Source: Bacteroidota bacterium
Lineage (GTDB): Bacteria; Bacteroidota; Bacteroidia; 2-12-FULL-35-15
Length of the DNA stretch: 64,000 bases
NCBI GenBank assembly: GCA_003151815.1
Contig: PLYN01000045.1
Coordinates: 126,511 to 190,510 of the forward strand
Direction of reading: 5' to 3'
The position numbers and the translations under genes are program-made. Shown piece by piece: positions 63,601 through 64,000 of this stretch. Position 1 is the first letter of the stretch, and the number at the start of each line of letters is the position of its first letter. The notes below the pieces were generated by a model. That model was not told where the DNA came from. It saw nothing but the letters and a program-made list of their open reading frames with translations, and did no database searches.

Positions 63601-63803
63601 ATTAAACTGAAAAGGAAGATAATAGACAATAGCGAATAGCGAATAGATTTACGTTTAAAGTTTAAAGTTAGAAAATTTAAAGAATTGAGAAAATTTCGAA
63701 TAGAAAAAAAAGAACAAGGAATAACTCCCATGAACAGGCTTTTTACAACAATTATCAATTTATTTAAGTATTGTTTTATCATTTTACTATAGTTAATAGG
63801 CAA
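60651..63803 (-). CDS. Giant-protein paralog (1050 aa as drawn): two glycine-rich PF12810/ALK-GRD-like domains plus Big_2-like Ig domains; no recognisable T9SS C-terminal sorting domain
   Basis: Gly-rich domains at about aa 116-388 (DNA about 62640-63460) and aa 565-820 (about 61340-62110), with the same GYR(V/I)HKFT...GIVI(V/I)RY(A/P)D boundaries as the 50679-58586 gene. C-terminus ends ...APAAPTSMKSY. The true start is probably internal, because the annotated N-terminus translates the AAAGTT repeat. Confidence 0.65.
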   Translation of the reverse strand: MPINYSKMIKQYLNKLIIVVKSLFMGVIPCSFFSIRNFLNSLNFLTLNFKRKSIRYSLLSIIFLFSLMPNKTFSQCKQAPSIGGPAAVVVGSTIALTITGPSGGDLVSSSPGTAAGYRVHKFTTVGSTSFITPVGFIPSNFEYLVVGGGGGGGANGGGGGGAGAYTTNTNYLIAANTTYPVTVGDGGLVGTNSGGAGVFVGGSSVFGTGTVITSTGGGGGASRDAGGNALSGGSGGGGGGASTAALSTGVAAGGSGTSKSAGGNGNWFIATVGDKGCYSAGGGGGGAGAVGGNGGFVANTSATGGNGGAGISSSISGTATFYAGGGGGGITCYPPAAGKTANNGSGGSAVGGAGGPSGGVGTANTGSGGGGGSAGGAGGTGIVIVRYADVTAGTWSSSAPAVATVNASTGVVTGVAYGTTTISYIYGGAGFPCTASPAQTKVITVTAPLTITAYNIPKCQGSTYTFAGTEFATSGLKNTDAVTSATFACAGAAAGAGAGASTITPSAAVGSGLSNYTITYATGTMTVYTLPAPDAITGTTSINCAATSVLTTAGLPTGGTITSSGGYRIHKFTTDGQSFTTLGFNPGTVEVLIVAGGGGGGGFGGGGGAGGVIYTTSSVAASTGYAVTVGSGGNGGAYNSTNGNDGQASVFNGITAAGGGGGGTRICGSPCYGQAGDNGGSGGGGSPADGTTLGIGGTASPAGQGNDGGTESSFGWGGSGGGGAGAVGVAGSGNTAGAGGNGKAFSISGASVTYGGGGGGCVYNAGSGLSAAAGGSGGGGAGGTNTTGVAGTANTGGGGGGGDAGYSGGAGGLGIVIIRYPDPTGGTWSSNNGQVTVGTTTVTATSSATTITGVSAGSSATISYSYPGASGCTSTAVTAPITVGACSAIALASNTISAACKVPSTLKVPIQSFSGAITVGNGNLTNVQFTTTGSYAQADIVKYQLWYSASNTFPGTATQVGADLLTAGGGAGTRSFAAFTTPTLTSGTTYYFWITVDVVASPTSGNTITCNAITAGDLTYAGTQSGGPTTAGGTQTLQAAPAAPTSMKSY
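63653..63682. repeat. AAAGTT-family repeat at the 5' end of the giant-protein paralog
   Basis: gtttaaagtttaaagttagaaaatttaaag. A CAATAGCGAATAG short repeat also flanks it (63627-63649 and 63800-63820). Confidence 0.5.
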
Positions 63804-64000
63804 TAGCGAATAGTTATCAGGGAAATTTTCGCATTTAAAATTACAAATAATTTTTTCTAATCGATTTTACGGTAAAAAAGGATAAAGGTTTCAAAGTAAA
63901 GACAAAAGTTAAAAGTCAAAAACCAAGGGTGTGTATTAAGTTTAAAGTTTTGTTGCTAAGCTAATTTCTTTTCAATGAATATGGCAATAGCTTTTTCAAT

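Overview
This 64-kb chromosomal window is low-GC and looks like a Bacteroidetes genome (Flavobacteriia/Cytophagia/Sphingobacteriia-like). Three things point that way: a conserved uppS-bamA-ompH-ompH block, TAnnTTTG-type sigma-A -7 boxes, and several type IX secretion (T9SS) hallmarks (a PorP/SprF gene, type A and type B C-terminal sorting domains). The 0-41 kb part is mostly housekeeping: an OmpA/PD40 protein (5' partial), a multi-PAS histidine kinase with a LytTR regulator, RNase R, an ECF sigma factor, UppS, BamA, two Skp/OmpH copies, LipB, a PGI/PMI-type isomerase, LysS, GpsA, FadH, an enoyl-CoA hydratase, YraN, RluB, an AsmA-family protein, a second histidine kinase and HemW. Several short dispersed repeat families are scattered through the intergenic regions. 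The 41-64 kb part is accessory-like. It holds a 2349-aa SprB-like adhesin with a type B sorting domain next to a PorP/SprF gene. It also holds two tandem giant paralogous secreted proteins of 2635 and 1050 aa. Each carries two glycine-rich (polyglycine-type, PF12810/ALK-GRD-like) domains, and only the larger one ends in a T9SS type A sorting domain. The two giant genes are separated by a small island of toxin-antitoxin modules (DUF433/DUF5615, YefM-like/YoeB, and an unannotated Unstab_antitox-like fragment). The candidate novel element is this pair of giant Gly-rich proteins with the toxin-antitoxin island between them. A second candidate is an ECF-sigma operon in which the anti-sigma position is held by a membrane-anchored PKD protein with a T9SS type B sorting domain, followed by a beta-barrel gene. 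I found no CRISPR arrays, tRNA or rRNA genes.
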